Positions 8,316-17,102 of a DNA stretch of 64,000 bases are shown one piece after another; position 1 is the stretch's first letter; every line of letters begins with the position of its first letter. The stretch spans positions 5,417 to 69,416 of the forward strand of contig DAOWEJ010000103.1 of the NCBI GenBank assembly GCA_030638575.1, read 5' to 3'. The position numbers and the translations under genes were made by a program. Source of the stretch: Deltaproteobacteria bacterium. Lineage in GTDB: Bacteria; Desulfobacterota; Desulfobacteria; Desulfobacterales; JAUWMJ01. The notes beneath the pieces were generated by a model. The model searched no databases and had not been told where the DNA came from. It saw only the letters and a list, made by a program, of their open reading frames with translations.

Positions 8316-9848
8316 TCAGTTTTTTTGCAATATGGAACTCCGAGTCATTCCAGCACCTACAGAATCATTTAGGATTATTTTTGCATTCAGCAGATTGTCG
8401 AGGTTTGTATTAACAGGGTAGCCATGTATAGTATCTTCTTTAAGAGCTCCTCGCTGAAGATCATAAGGGAGCCTTTGTATACACACAACGGAACAATTGC
8501 CTCTTGTATGAATATTGTTTACCATTTTATTTGCGATAAAATCTTTGACAATTTTCTTTTTGTTCGGTTCGGCATCCCAAAAAACCTGCTCCAACGTCAG
8601 AGGTATCATGGCAAAATTCGCCTGATGTTCAATGAGAAGGTCAATATCGTACATGGTAAGGTTGTTTTCCGACAATAATTTGGTTATATGGCTCCTTGCA
8701 CCGCGGGTGGCATAAAGAAAGACACCTTTTCCGTCCATATCTCCAAAGACATCTCCATCTTCCGAAATTGCTTGAATAAAATTGCCAAAGCAGCCATGGG
8801 TGCTTGTGCACGTGTCCACAATACCTTTAGAGGGCCTTTTGAAGTTAAAATCTTCTCCTTTATGAATTACAAGCTCTACGTTTAAGTCAGGAGACAGAAA
8901 AACTGAAACAACCGTCTTATATTTTCCGGATTCCACATAAGCCCTGGCAATTCTTTTTACAACAGTTGGATTTTGGCTTAGTGTCTTAATGTCAAAGGCA
9001 AATGATTCTATTTTTTGATTATAAAACTCCAATGTATCCTTAAAGCGTTTAAAGGCTCCCTTTGCCGCCTCTTCCGGATACATCTGTTCAGCCATGCTGT
9101 GTTGAACCCTTGCAGCAAGCGCCGGAATTCTGTAAATAATTTGTCCAAGCTGATTGTCAATAATTATTCCGTCAATTTTATTTTGCCCGCTTGACTTAAT
9201 GATCATTTTTGCGATGCCCGCAATAAAATCATCTTTTAAAGAGGCCTTTATCTTGTCGCTGCAGGAATAATGTCCTTCTGGTTTAAAGGTAACTTTTGTT
9301 TCAAGGGATGTAGCTAAAGCGTCATCACCGAAAATAATGCCTGCTGTGTTGTTTTGTTTAAATGCCTGAGCACGATGCAAATTCTCAGCCCCTATGATAA
9401 CAGATGTATCATCTTCCGCGAGAGCACCGGTTAGAGAAAGCATGAAAACAAGCTCTGCTGCAACATTAAAACCGGGACAACCGGCATAAAGGTCAATAAC
9501 AATGGCATCCGGGCAATACTGCTTAAGAAGTTCAAATGGATATCTGACCAAAGGTCCCGGGTCATATTTGTCATCCCCGACATTTGTTGCACCGATGAGG
9601 ATTTTGATCCGGGAAGGGTCGATATCGGATGTATGAAGAAGATCTTGAAGGGCAATTACGCCGATTCTTTCGTCAGGCCCGGCAGCCATCCTTGTACGGA
9701 TACCGATTCTTTCTTCAATTGTTTTGTTGTTGACAGGAATGCCGCCTTTAAATGACATTCCCTTTTTTGAATAAATTGAATTATCTACAAGAGTACCACC
9801 ATTCCATGCACCTTGTGCGGTGATTTCCAAAACAGAATTTGGTGACAA
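8316..9848 (-). CDS. KAS III (FabH)-like condensing enzyme with a large internal insertion
   Basis: Cys/His/Asn motifs align with the canonical FabH in this window: LYAGCPGFN, IEHQANFAM, TRGNCS, then GAGMT. The Cys-to-His spacing is about 150 aa longer (510 aa versus 328 aa). TTG start with AAGGAAAC upstream. Confidence 0.7.
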   Translation of the reverse strand: MSPNSVLEITAQGAWNGGTLVDNSIYSKKGMSFKGGIPVNNKTIEERIGIRTRMAAGPDERIGVIALQDLLHTSDIDPSRIKILIGATNVGDDKYDPGPLVRYPFELLKQYCPDAIVIDLYAGCPGFNVAAELVFMLSLTGALAEDDTSVIIGAENLHRAQAFKQNNTAGIIFGDDALATSLETKVTFKPEGHYSCSDKIKASLKDDFIAGIAKMIIKSSGQNKIDGIIIDNQLGQIIYRIPALAARVQHSMAEQMYPEEAAKGAFKRFKDTLEFYNQKIESFAFDIKTLSQNPTVVKRIARAYVESGKYKTVVSVFLSPDLNVELVIHKGEDFNFKRPSKGIVDTCTSTHGCFGNFIQAISEDGDVFGDMDGKGVFLYATRGARSHITKLLSENNLTMYDIDLLIEHQANFAMIPLTLEQVFWDAEPNKKKIVKDFIANKMVNNIHTRGNCSVVCIQRLPYDLQRGALKEDTIHGYPVNTNLDNLLNAKIILNDSVGAGMTRSSILQKN

Positions 9849-10062
9849 AATTGTTTCCTTTTCAATAAAAATTTAAGCAATTAACGATTGCGTATTTGTG
9901 CTAAAGAGTATAGACGGAGTAGGCTTGTATGTCAAATAAGAAAGTATTTTAAGACAAATAACCTTGTTTTGCCTTCCGTTTTTATTGTATTATAGACACC
10001 TCATATCTTAAGACCCCTATAGGGCAAATAATCAATTCTCAATTTACTGCAGGCAGGAGTTT

Positions 10063-11217
10063 ATGTCCGGCATTAGAAACGTATTAATGATGTTCTTTCT
10101 TTTAGGAGGGATGCTGTTGGGCTTGCCTTTTATAGGCATTATGCTGGCCGGATATCAGATTGCCAAATATTTTGATTTTCCTCCTAAAACTCAGTATGTG
10201 AGTCATGCACCTTTTTCGTGGATTGCTTTTACGGCACTCAGTCTTTTTGTTCTCGCTACGTTTGTTCCTATAATAATTAAAGGATTCAGGAGAGTGAAAC
10301 TTGTAAGAGACGGCTCAGTGACTAAATATTTTTTTCCATGGTGGGGGTGGGTTGGAGTTTTTACCGGAGCTGTTGCCTGGACATTTGCATGGACCCGTTT
10401 TCCATGGTTTGCCCAATTCCAGCCGCACACTTTTTTCCCATTGTGGTTTTCTTTTATCCTGGTAGTAAATGCGCTGTCATATCGGAAATCCGGGTATTGC
10501 ATGATAATCAATCGACCGGTATATTTCCTTTTGCTTTTCCCTGTAAGTGCCACGTTCTGGTGGTTCTTTGAATATTTAAACAGATTTGTTCAAAACTGGC
10601 ATTATGTGGGCGCTACTTTTGGCCCCTGGGAATATTTTTGGTATGCAACCCTTTCATTTTCAACTGTTCTTCCTGCGGTTTTAGGAGTTCGGGATCTTCT
10701 TCTCAACGCTTCATGGCTTGAAAAGGGTTTTGGAAATTTTATGCCTATCGAAGGATTTCAGTCTAAATTTCCGACCTTAACAGTCCTTGTACTGTCAGGG
10801 ATCGGACTCGTAGGGATCGGGGTTTGGCCTGACTATCTTTTTCTTCTCCTCTGGATTTCTCCTTTGCTTATCATCGTTTCAGTTATGTCTTTGTTCGGAG
10901 AAAGTAGCGTTCTGTCCGGCATTAAAAGGGGTGACTGGCGTGTTGTTATATCTTCATCACTGGCAGCATTTGTATGCGGATTCTTCTGGGAGATGTGGAA
11001 TTTTTATAGTCTGGCTAAATGGGTATACAGTGTTCCGTTTGTTCACCGATTCCAAATTTTTGAGATGCCGATACTTGGATATGCAGGATATTTCCCTTTT
11101 GGGTTGGAGTGTGCTGTAATTGGCGGGCTGCTTGAAGGGATAACAAAATCAAAGATTGACGGTCTCGTAAAAAGTCTCCCGCTTCAGTGCAGCGGGACGT
11201 TATGCTGCATTTCGTAA
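10063..11217 (+). CDS. Polytopic membrane protein of unknown function; last ~20 codons lie inside MITE B1
   Basis: About 10 hydrophobic segments rich in W/F (FWWFFEYLNRFVQNWHY). I recognised no family. The ORF runs 60 nt into repeat B1 before its stop. Confidence 0.6.
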   Translation: MSGIRNVLMMFFLLGGMLLGLPFIGIMLAGYQIAKYFDFPPKTQYVSHAPFSWIAFTALSLFVLATFVPIIIKGFRRVKLVRDGSVTKYFFPWWGWVGVFTGAVAWTFAWTRFPWFAQFQPHTFFPLWFSFILVVNALSYRKSGYCMIINRPVYFLLLFPVSATFWWFFEYLNRFVQNWHYVGATFGPWEYFWYATLSFSTVLPAVLGVRDLLLNASWLEKGFGNFMPIEGFQSKFPTLTVLVLSGIGLVGIGVWPDYLFLLLWISPLLIIVSVMSLFGESSVLSGIKRGDWRVVISSSLAAFVCGFFWEMWNFYSLAKWVYSVPFVHRFQIFEMPILGYAGYFPFGLECAVIGGLLEGITKSKIDGLVKSLPLQCSGTLCCIS

Positions 11218-11327
11218 TCATTCAGCGTACGAAAAGTACGATTCATGATTATCCCGCTTTAGCGGGACACGCCTTGAATTTGAACTTTTTACGAAACCGT
11301 CTAAATCGGACTTTTTACAAGATCATC
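11158..11327 (+). mobile_element. MITE-like repeat family B, copy B1
   Basis: Ends GACGGTCTCGTAAAAAGTC...GACTTTTTACAAGATCATC. Internal TCCCGCTTCAGTGCAGCGGGA and TCCCGCTTTAGCGGGA hairpins. Flanking direct repeat AAGATT (11152-11157 and 11328-11333). Confidence 0.85.
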
Positions 11328-11640
11328 AAGATTAGGATATAGAAAAAAGGATGCTTTTTGTGAGTTTATCATTTTAAAAATATAATACGCATCTTGTGTG
11401 CTAGGTAGTAGTGAGCACAATATGTTGTTGTTAAACAGTGTTTGTTCAAACCAGGGCATAATAAATAGGCAGATAGCCTGCGTAAGTTAATTTAAAAATA
11501 TTTTCGCAAAATGAATTATAGTTCTTTTTTTCTTTCCATCCTGTTGTATATGCTGTTTATATATGGTAATGGGAAAAGGTCTTTTCGTTAAATGTTGGAG
11601 TATTATATCCTTGCTGGCGCTTTAAAGAAAGAGGTAGGAA

Positions 11641-13797
11641 ATGGCAAACAAAGCACACAAAAACAACATTCAGCTTCTCGATACAACCACAATAGCTGCT
11701 GAGCAGGAGAAAGAGAAGATCTACAAGTCCACTAAAAAAAGTACTGGAGTCAGCGAACAGAAAAAAGATGTAACTTTATCGACCCCCCCGGCAAGCATTG
11801 AAGCAGTTGAGCATGAAATAGGCAATGAAGTCAGCAGAGAATATTTGGTCAACAAACTCAACTTCACAAATTTCCAAGATGGCACTATCCTTATAAATTT
11901 TAAACATACAAAATATAACCGGATTATTACTCTTCACGCTAAGCCGAAGCCATGTCTTGGGAATCATCTGGATTGTCTTTGGGTGGAAACACAAGGACTT
12001 GATGAGAAGTTGCGTCCTTATAAATTTGACAATTTTTTTGTCATAGATGGTAAAAAACTTCTTTCAGTGAGTCCGGAAGAATTCAGCATTAACGATGAAG
12101 GGATTAGTTTTGAACTGCCTGAAACATGTTATGAAATCAATTCTCGTAAAGTAACAAGGCATTCATGCGAAGGAATAGAGGTTCAGTTGATTCAGAGCAG
12201 TTCTCTTTTTTATGGCTCTCTTATTGATTTCAACGCTGTTTCCTTTTGTATCAAACTGAAAACAGTGCCTCCCCAGACCTTTCGATGGCTTGATAAGAGC
12301 CTTCCGGCAAATCTTATTTTTTCTGACAGGAACGAAGTATTATATGCAGGGGGATGCAATATATTAAGGAATACCCGTGGACACAAAACGAGAAAATATG
12401 TCATAGAGCCTCTTGAATACCACATAAAAAGGTATCAAAACAAAGATCACCGCAGCACGAGACAGAAAGTAATACCTTCCCCTGATATTATTTTCAGACA
12501 CCCTTTTACAAAAAAGCTGGTAACTTTAAAAGCCTTAGATATCTCGGGGTCCGGTTTTTCAGTAGAAGAAGACGAGAATAGCGCTGTACTTTTACCGGGA
12601 ATGGTCATACCTGAACTGGAACTTAGCTTTGCAAACAGTTCAGCGATAAAGTGCAAGGCTCAGGTTGTATATAGAAAAATTTCCGGCGGAGGCAAGAGAG
12701 GGATGCGTATCAAATGCGGCATTGCCGTATTAGACATGCTGTTCAAAGATAACATGAAACTTTTATCTATTTTGCATCAGGCAAAAGAAAGTAATTCTTA
12801 TGTCTGTAACAGGGTGGACTTGGATGCCCTGTGGGACTTCTTTTTTGAAACCGGTTTTATTTATCCTGGTAAATACGAGTTTATTCAAAAAAACAAAAAG
12901 AAAATCAAAGAAACTTACGAAAAACTTTACGCTCGGAATCAAAATATTGCACGGCATTTCATATATCAGGATAAGGATCATATCTCCGGCCATATGGCCA
13001 TGGTACGCTTTTATAGAAATACATGGATGATTCACCACCATGCTGCAAGGAAGTCGGCTCTAAATAGGGCAGGGCTGATTGTATTGAACCAGATCGGAGA
13101 TTTTACATATAATTGCCACAGGCTTTATTCTCTCCATATGAATTTTCTTATATGTTATTTCAGGCCCGATAACAAATTCCCCAGCAGGGTTTTTGGAGGG
13201 GCTGCCAGATATATAAAAAATCCGAAACAATGTTCAGTAGATGCTTTTGCCTATTTTCATTTTAAAACCGCATTGAGTGTAAAACATAGGTTATCAAGGC
13301 CGTGGGAACTGACTGAAACCCGGCGTGAAGACCTTTTAGAACTGGAAAGTTTTTATGAACACGAGTCAGGAGGTCTCATGTTAGCTGCACTGGATCTTGA
13401 ACCGGGGACGGCTGATTTTGATGAACTTATAAAAGAATATCAAAAAATCGGATTTAAAAGGGAACGGCTTTTATTTTCATTAAAAAAGAACAAAAGACTA
13501 AAAGCCGTTGTTATGGTGGATATATCAGATATCGGTTTAAACCTGTCTGATCTTACTAACAGCGTAAAGGTGGTTGTCGTGGATTCAGATGATCTTTCAA
13601 GGGAAGTGCTTTACGGGATGCTTGCATTACTTACTGAAAAGATAGATCAAAAGGATATACCCATACTTCTCTTTCCTGCCGCATATGCTGAGCAAAAGGT
13701 AATTCCCTATGAAAAAACATATAATCTATGGGTTCTTGGCACACAAGATTCAGATCCTTATTTCAAATATATTGACCGCCTCCTAAGATTTACTTAA
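11641..13797 (+). CDS. Large protein with two PilZ-like segments and an unassigned ~330-aa C-terminal domain
   Basis: RKVTR...(no DxSxxG) in the first segment. RSTRQ...27 aa...DISGSG (DxSxxG) in the second. I did not recognise the C-terminal half. Good SD (AGAGGTAGG). Confidence 0.5.
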   Translation: MANKAHKNNIQLLDTTTIAAEQEKEKIYKSTKKSTGVSEQKKDVTLSTPPASIEAVEHEIGNEVSREYLVNKLNFTNFQDGTILINFKHTKYNRIITLHAKPKPCLGNHLDCLWVETQGLDEKLRPYKFDNFFVIDGKKLLSVSPEEFSINDEGISFELPETCYEINSRKVTRHSCEGIEVQLIQSSSLFYGSLIDFNAVSFCIKLKTVPPQTFRWLDKSLPANLIFSDRNEVLYAGGCNILRNTRGHKTRKYVIEPLEYHIKRYQNKDHRSTRQKVIPSPDIIFRHPFTKKLVTLKALDISGSGFSVEEDENSAVLLPGMVIPELELSFANSSAIKCKAQVVYRKISGGGKRGMRIKCGIAVLDMLFKDNMKLLSILHQAKESNSYVCNRVDLDALWDFFFETGFIYPGKYEFIQKNKKKIKETYEKLYARNQNIARHFIYQDKDHISGHMAMVRFYRNTWMIHHHAARKSALNRAGLIVLNQIGDFTYNCHRLYSLHMNFLICYFRPDNKFPSRVFGGAARYIKNPKQCSVDAFAYFHFKTALSVKHRLSRPWELTETRREDLLELESFYEHESGGLMLAALDLEPGTADFDELIKEYQKIGFKRERLLFSLKKNKRLKAVVMVDISDIGLNLSDLTNSVKVVVVDSDDLSREVLYGMLALLTEKIDQKDIPILLFPAAYAEQKVIPYEKTYNLWVLGTQDSDPYFKYIDRLLRFT

Positions 13798-13832
13798 TTT
13801 TTTATCATTTTTTCATTATCAGATCTGTATTT

Positions 13833-15782
13833 ATGAAAAAACCATCAAACTTTGCCAAAAGATCTTTATATAACAGCAGAATAATCGATACTTATGTTAA
13901 GCTTATTGAAAGGAAATACAGCTATGTAAACGTAGAAGAACTGCTGCACTACGCTAAAATGGAGCCGTATGAGGTTGCTGATCAGGGACATTGGTTCACC
14001 CAGGATCATATAGACCTATTTCACGAGAAGCTTTCTCAGATGACTCAAAACAGAAATATTGCACGGGAAGCCGGTCGATACGCCGCATCACCTGAAGCTA
14101 TCGGTGTAATGAGGCAGTATTTTCTTGGGCTGGTTGGTCTGGCAAAAGCCTATGAAATGATAGAGAAAGGGGCTAAAAATTTTACCAGATCGACTGTTTT
14201 AAAATGTAACAAGATCACTTCAAACAAAGTAGAAATAACAGTTGAACAAAAAAAGGGGGTTGTTGAAAAACCATACCAATGTGAAAACAGAATGGGTTTT
14301 ATTGAAGCGATTGCAATGGGCTTTACAAACAGACTGCCCAAGGTTGAACACCCGGAATGTATTTTCAAGGGTGGAAAATCCTGTCGCTATATAATTTCGT
14401 GGAAAAAAACGGTTTCTGCCTTATTAAAGAAAATCAGAAATTATCTCTCCATCTTTTTTATTTTAATCTGCACAGGCCTTAGTTTTATCAATCCATTTCT
14501 TACCTTAACAACTCTTTTACCTGTTTCAGCAGCCATCATTCTTATATTGACCTTATTTGCAAAAGATAGTGAAAACGGAGAGTTAAGAATAAGTCTGAAT
14601 AACCTAAGCGATTCAACAGACCAATTGATCGATCAGATAAACATCAATTATAATAATTCTCGCATGACAAATGAAATTGGGCAGGCGATTAGCAAGTATA
14701 CAAAAACCGAAGATATTTTGTCAAACATTGTAAGGCTTTCAAAAAAAAGACTAAATTACGACCGCTGTATGATTCTTTTATCCGATTCTGAAAAGAAAAG
14801 ACTCTATTTCAAAACGGGATTCGGTTATTCAGAATATCTGGTTAAAATTTTAAAAAAGACATCATTTCATTTAGATAAACCGGAATCTAAAGGAGCTTTT
14901 GTTGTAGCATTTAAAGAGAAGAGATCGATCCTGATAAATAATATTAACGAAATTAAAAATGATCTATCATTACAAAGCCTGTCCTTTGTGAATAAAGTGG
15001 GTGTACAGTCTTTTATCTGTTGCCCCATCATCAGCAGCGGAGAATCGATAGGTATTTTTGCGGTTGACAACCTTAAGTCAAAAAAGCCTCTGGTCCAAAG
15101 TGACGTGAGTTTATTGAAAGGACTGGCCTCTGTTTTAGGGATCAGTATCCTAAATGCTCGCCTTATTGAAACCAGTGAGAAACAGTTCAGATCAATTATA
15201 CGGGCACTGGTTGCCAGTATTGACGCCCGCGATCCGATGACAGCAGGACATTCGGAGAAGGTGACCGAATACTGTTTAGGGATATGTGATGAACTGGGAC
15301 TTTCCAGGGATTACAGGGAAATGATTGGTGTGGCGGCCATGCTTCATGATTATGGAAAAATCGGAGTTCCAGATGAAATTTTAAAGAAGCCTGAAAGATT
15401 GAATAAAATTGAGTTTGAAATCGTAAAAACACATGCTGAAAAAACCAGGAGAATACTTGAACAAATGAATTTCGAAGGAATTTTCAGCCAGGTTCCTGAA
15501 GTTGCAGGGTTACACCATGAAAAATTAGATGGCAGTGGTTATCCTAATGGGCTTAAAGGGGACGAAATTCCGTTGGGTGCCAGAATAATCGCAGTAGCAG
15601 ACTTTTTTGAAGCTGTAACATCCAGACGACATTACCGTGATTCGATACCACTAAAAAAAGCATTTGAGATGTTAAACAAAGAAAGTGGCAGTCGTTTTGA
15701 TGAAAAAGTTGTTGACGCTTTTACCTGCTATTATGCAATGACACATGCAGGCAAGCCCGAATACCGGGCCTTGTCGATGTGA
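13833..15782 (+). CDS. Membrane-anchored GAF / HD-GYP domain protein (c-di-GMP phosphodiesterase type)
   Basis: HD-GYP signatures GHSEKV...MLHDYGKIGVPDEIL...HHEKLDGSGYPNGL. A GAF-like segment precedes them, with two TM helices and an unassigned N-terminal sensor domain. Starts 35 nt after the PilZ-like gene. Confidence 0.85.
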   Translation: MKKPSNFAKRSLYNSRIIDTYVKLIERKYSYVNVEELLHYAKMEPYEVADQGHWFTQDHIDLFHEKLSQMTQNRNIAREAGRYAASPEAIGVMRQYFLGLVGLAKAYEMIEKGAKNFTRSTVLKCNKITSNKVEITVEQKKGVVEKPYQCENRMGFIEAIAMGFTNRLPKVEHPECIFKGGKSCRYIISWKKTVSALLKKIRNYLSIFFILICTGLSFINPFLTLTTLLPVSAAIILILTLFAKDSENGELRISLNNLSDSTDQLIDQININYNNSRMTNEIGQAISKYTKTEDILSNIVRLSKKRLNYDRCMILLSDSEKKRLYFKTGFGYSEYLVKILKKTSFHLDKPESKGAFVVAFKEKRSILINNINEIKNDLSLQSLSFVNKVGVQSFICCPIISSGESIGIFAVDNLKSKKPLVQSDVSLLKGLASVLGISILNARLIETSEKQFRSIIRALVASIDARDPMTAGHSEKVTEYCLGICDELGLSRDYREMIGVAAMLHDYGKIGVPDEILKKPERLNKIEFEIVKTHAEKTRRILEQMNFEGIFSQVPEVAGLHHEKLDGSGYPNGLKGDEIPLGARIIAVADFFEAVTSRRHYRDSIPLKKAFEMLNKESGSRFDEKVVDAFTCYYAMTHAGKPEYRALSM

Positions 15783-15929
15783 TTATTCGAAAGGCTTGTG
15801 TCTTCGACATAAAATTACTAGTGTATATATAGATCTTTTCGGATTAAAAAAATATTTTTATACTCTTTATAAAATTTCTCATATCCACCTTTATAGTTTT
15901 TTTCAAATCGGTATCCCGAATGTCTATCG

Positions 15930-15957
15930 GCAAAGTCGAACTTTTTGCAAAGGTCTC
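15930..15957 (-). repeat. Solo terminal fragment of family A
   Basis: ...CTTTTTGCAAAGGTCTC matches the family A terminus, with no partner end nearby. Confidence 0.5.
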
Positions 15958-15987
15958 GTCCGGTTGAAGTCATCACCATCACAGAAT

Positions 15988-16023
15988 AAAAAAAAGGGCA
16001 GAGGCCATTTGTGGCCCTGCCCT
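15988..16023 (-). terminator. Orphan intrinsic terminator (minus strand)
   Basis: Minus strand reads GGGCAGGGCCACAAATGGCCTCTGCCC followed by TTTTTTTT. No ORF of 60 aa or more lies upstream of it on that strand. Confidence 0.6.
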
Positions 16024-16175
16024 TTGCGCCTGGGATTTCAAATATTTGTCCAAGGACTTGTTGTGTTCGTTTGAGTCATCACCCATATTGAGTGTGTAGT
16101 CATCCGAACATTAGTAATAATGGCATGTCCTAGCACTATTTGTAGAACACACCAGGGATTGAACTATCCCAATAT

Positions 16176-16282
16176 AAAAAAAACTGGCTTCTCGAAATGC
16201 CGTTATTCTCGCACGGTGCATGTCTCATTTGTTTTTTTATTTTGACACCCGTCTGAAAAGATGCACGTACACCGGAGAAGCC
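16176..16282 (-). ncRNA. Candidate small RNA / long hairpin with U-tract (unclassified)
   Basis: Minus strand: GGCTTCTC...(inner GTGCAT/ATGCAC helix)...GAGAAGCC followed by AGTTTTTTTT. It lies in a 1.3-kb gene-free region. Confidence 0.2.
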
Positions 16283-16642
16283 TTTTAAATATAATTTCAA
16301 ATCAAAGAACATAATACAAAAAATAGTGAAGATAATTATTAACCGTTTGTAATATGTATATTCAATATTCGTGCCAAAAGCATAAAAAATTTAATATATT
16401 GATTTATCAAATAGTTACGCCGTATGACTATTATAGTGGTTTTTCCGAGGGGACAAAAATCGTCACTTTATTGCCGTTAATTGTCATTTTATTGTCTCCA
16501 GGCGTATTTTCTTGCTACCTGTAGGTGTTTTTATTTAAAAAGGATACATATATGAATGCCGGTAAACAAAAAAGTTTGTCTCTGCAAACTTCTATCCTTC
16601 CATACGCCTGACCTCCAGGCTTTTCATTTGTTCCATGTAATC

Positions 16643-16978
16643 GAAGGGCCTGAGAGTTTCTCCTCAAAGATTTTTGGTGAATTGTTTGCATTTTAATGAT
16701 TGTAAGAGGTTCGTCCGGGGAAACGCCCATTAGCCCGTTCAAGCCTTAACAAATGGTTACAGTTCTTCGTACACGCCCCCTATCTTCTGCGTTAAGCCCA
16801 TACAGGCAGAGACGATCATCGCCGTCGAGGAAATCTGTCTATTGGGGCCGGCTCAAATCTAATCTCAGCGAGATAGCTGCCGTACGTCAGTTCCTCGATA
16901 TTATTGTTAAGGCTTGAACGGGCTAATGGGCGTTTCCCCGGACGAACAGAGAAGAGATTAAAAACTCCCCGACCTCTC
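16643..16978 (+). mobile_element. Element C, copy C1 (MITE-like with long inner stem and conserved core)
   Basis: Right TIR ...TCCCCGACCTCTC; the left TIR is degenerate. Direct repeats ATGTAATC/ATGTAATT at 16635-16642 and 16979-16986. A perfect 42-bp inverted repeat (16711-16752 / 16904-16945) encloses 151 nt. Confidence 0.8.
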
Positions 16979-17102
16979 ATGTAATTACTTCCTTGACATA
17001 TTAAAGATTGAGCAGATAAGTTCTATTGGTCCTAAAGAAAGTATGGGGTTTTGAAAAAGGTTCTAAGAAAACCGGGAATAAAATCTTTAAAGGAGGCTTT
17101 GT

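Noticed and set aside
16361-16377. Minus-strand TTGGCACGAATATTGAA as a sigma-54 promoter for the candidate sRNA.
   Set aside because: The -24 half is good, but the -12 element reads TTGA and lacks the conserved GC. I mention it only as a weak possibility.
16515-16742. A 75-aa minus-strand ORF, and short ORFs inside the element C core (55 codons plus strand in C1; MIVSAC... minus strand in both copies).
   Set aside because: Reading frames are not conserved between the two copies beyond ~17 codons. Stops differ and there is no SD.
16643-16978. Element C as a retron msr/msd, group II intron fragment, or IS200/IS605 or IS110 guide RNA.
   Set aside because: There is no reverse transcriptase, TnpA/TnpB/IscB or IS110 recombinase gene nearby. 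I saw no domain V-like motif. The 8-bp target duplications argue against IS200/IS605-type insertion.
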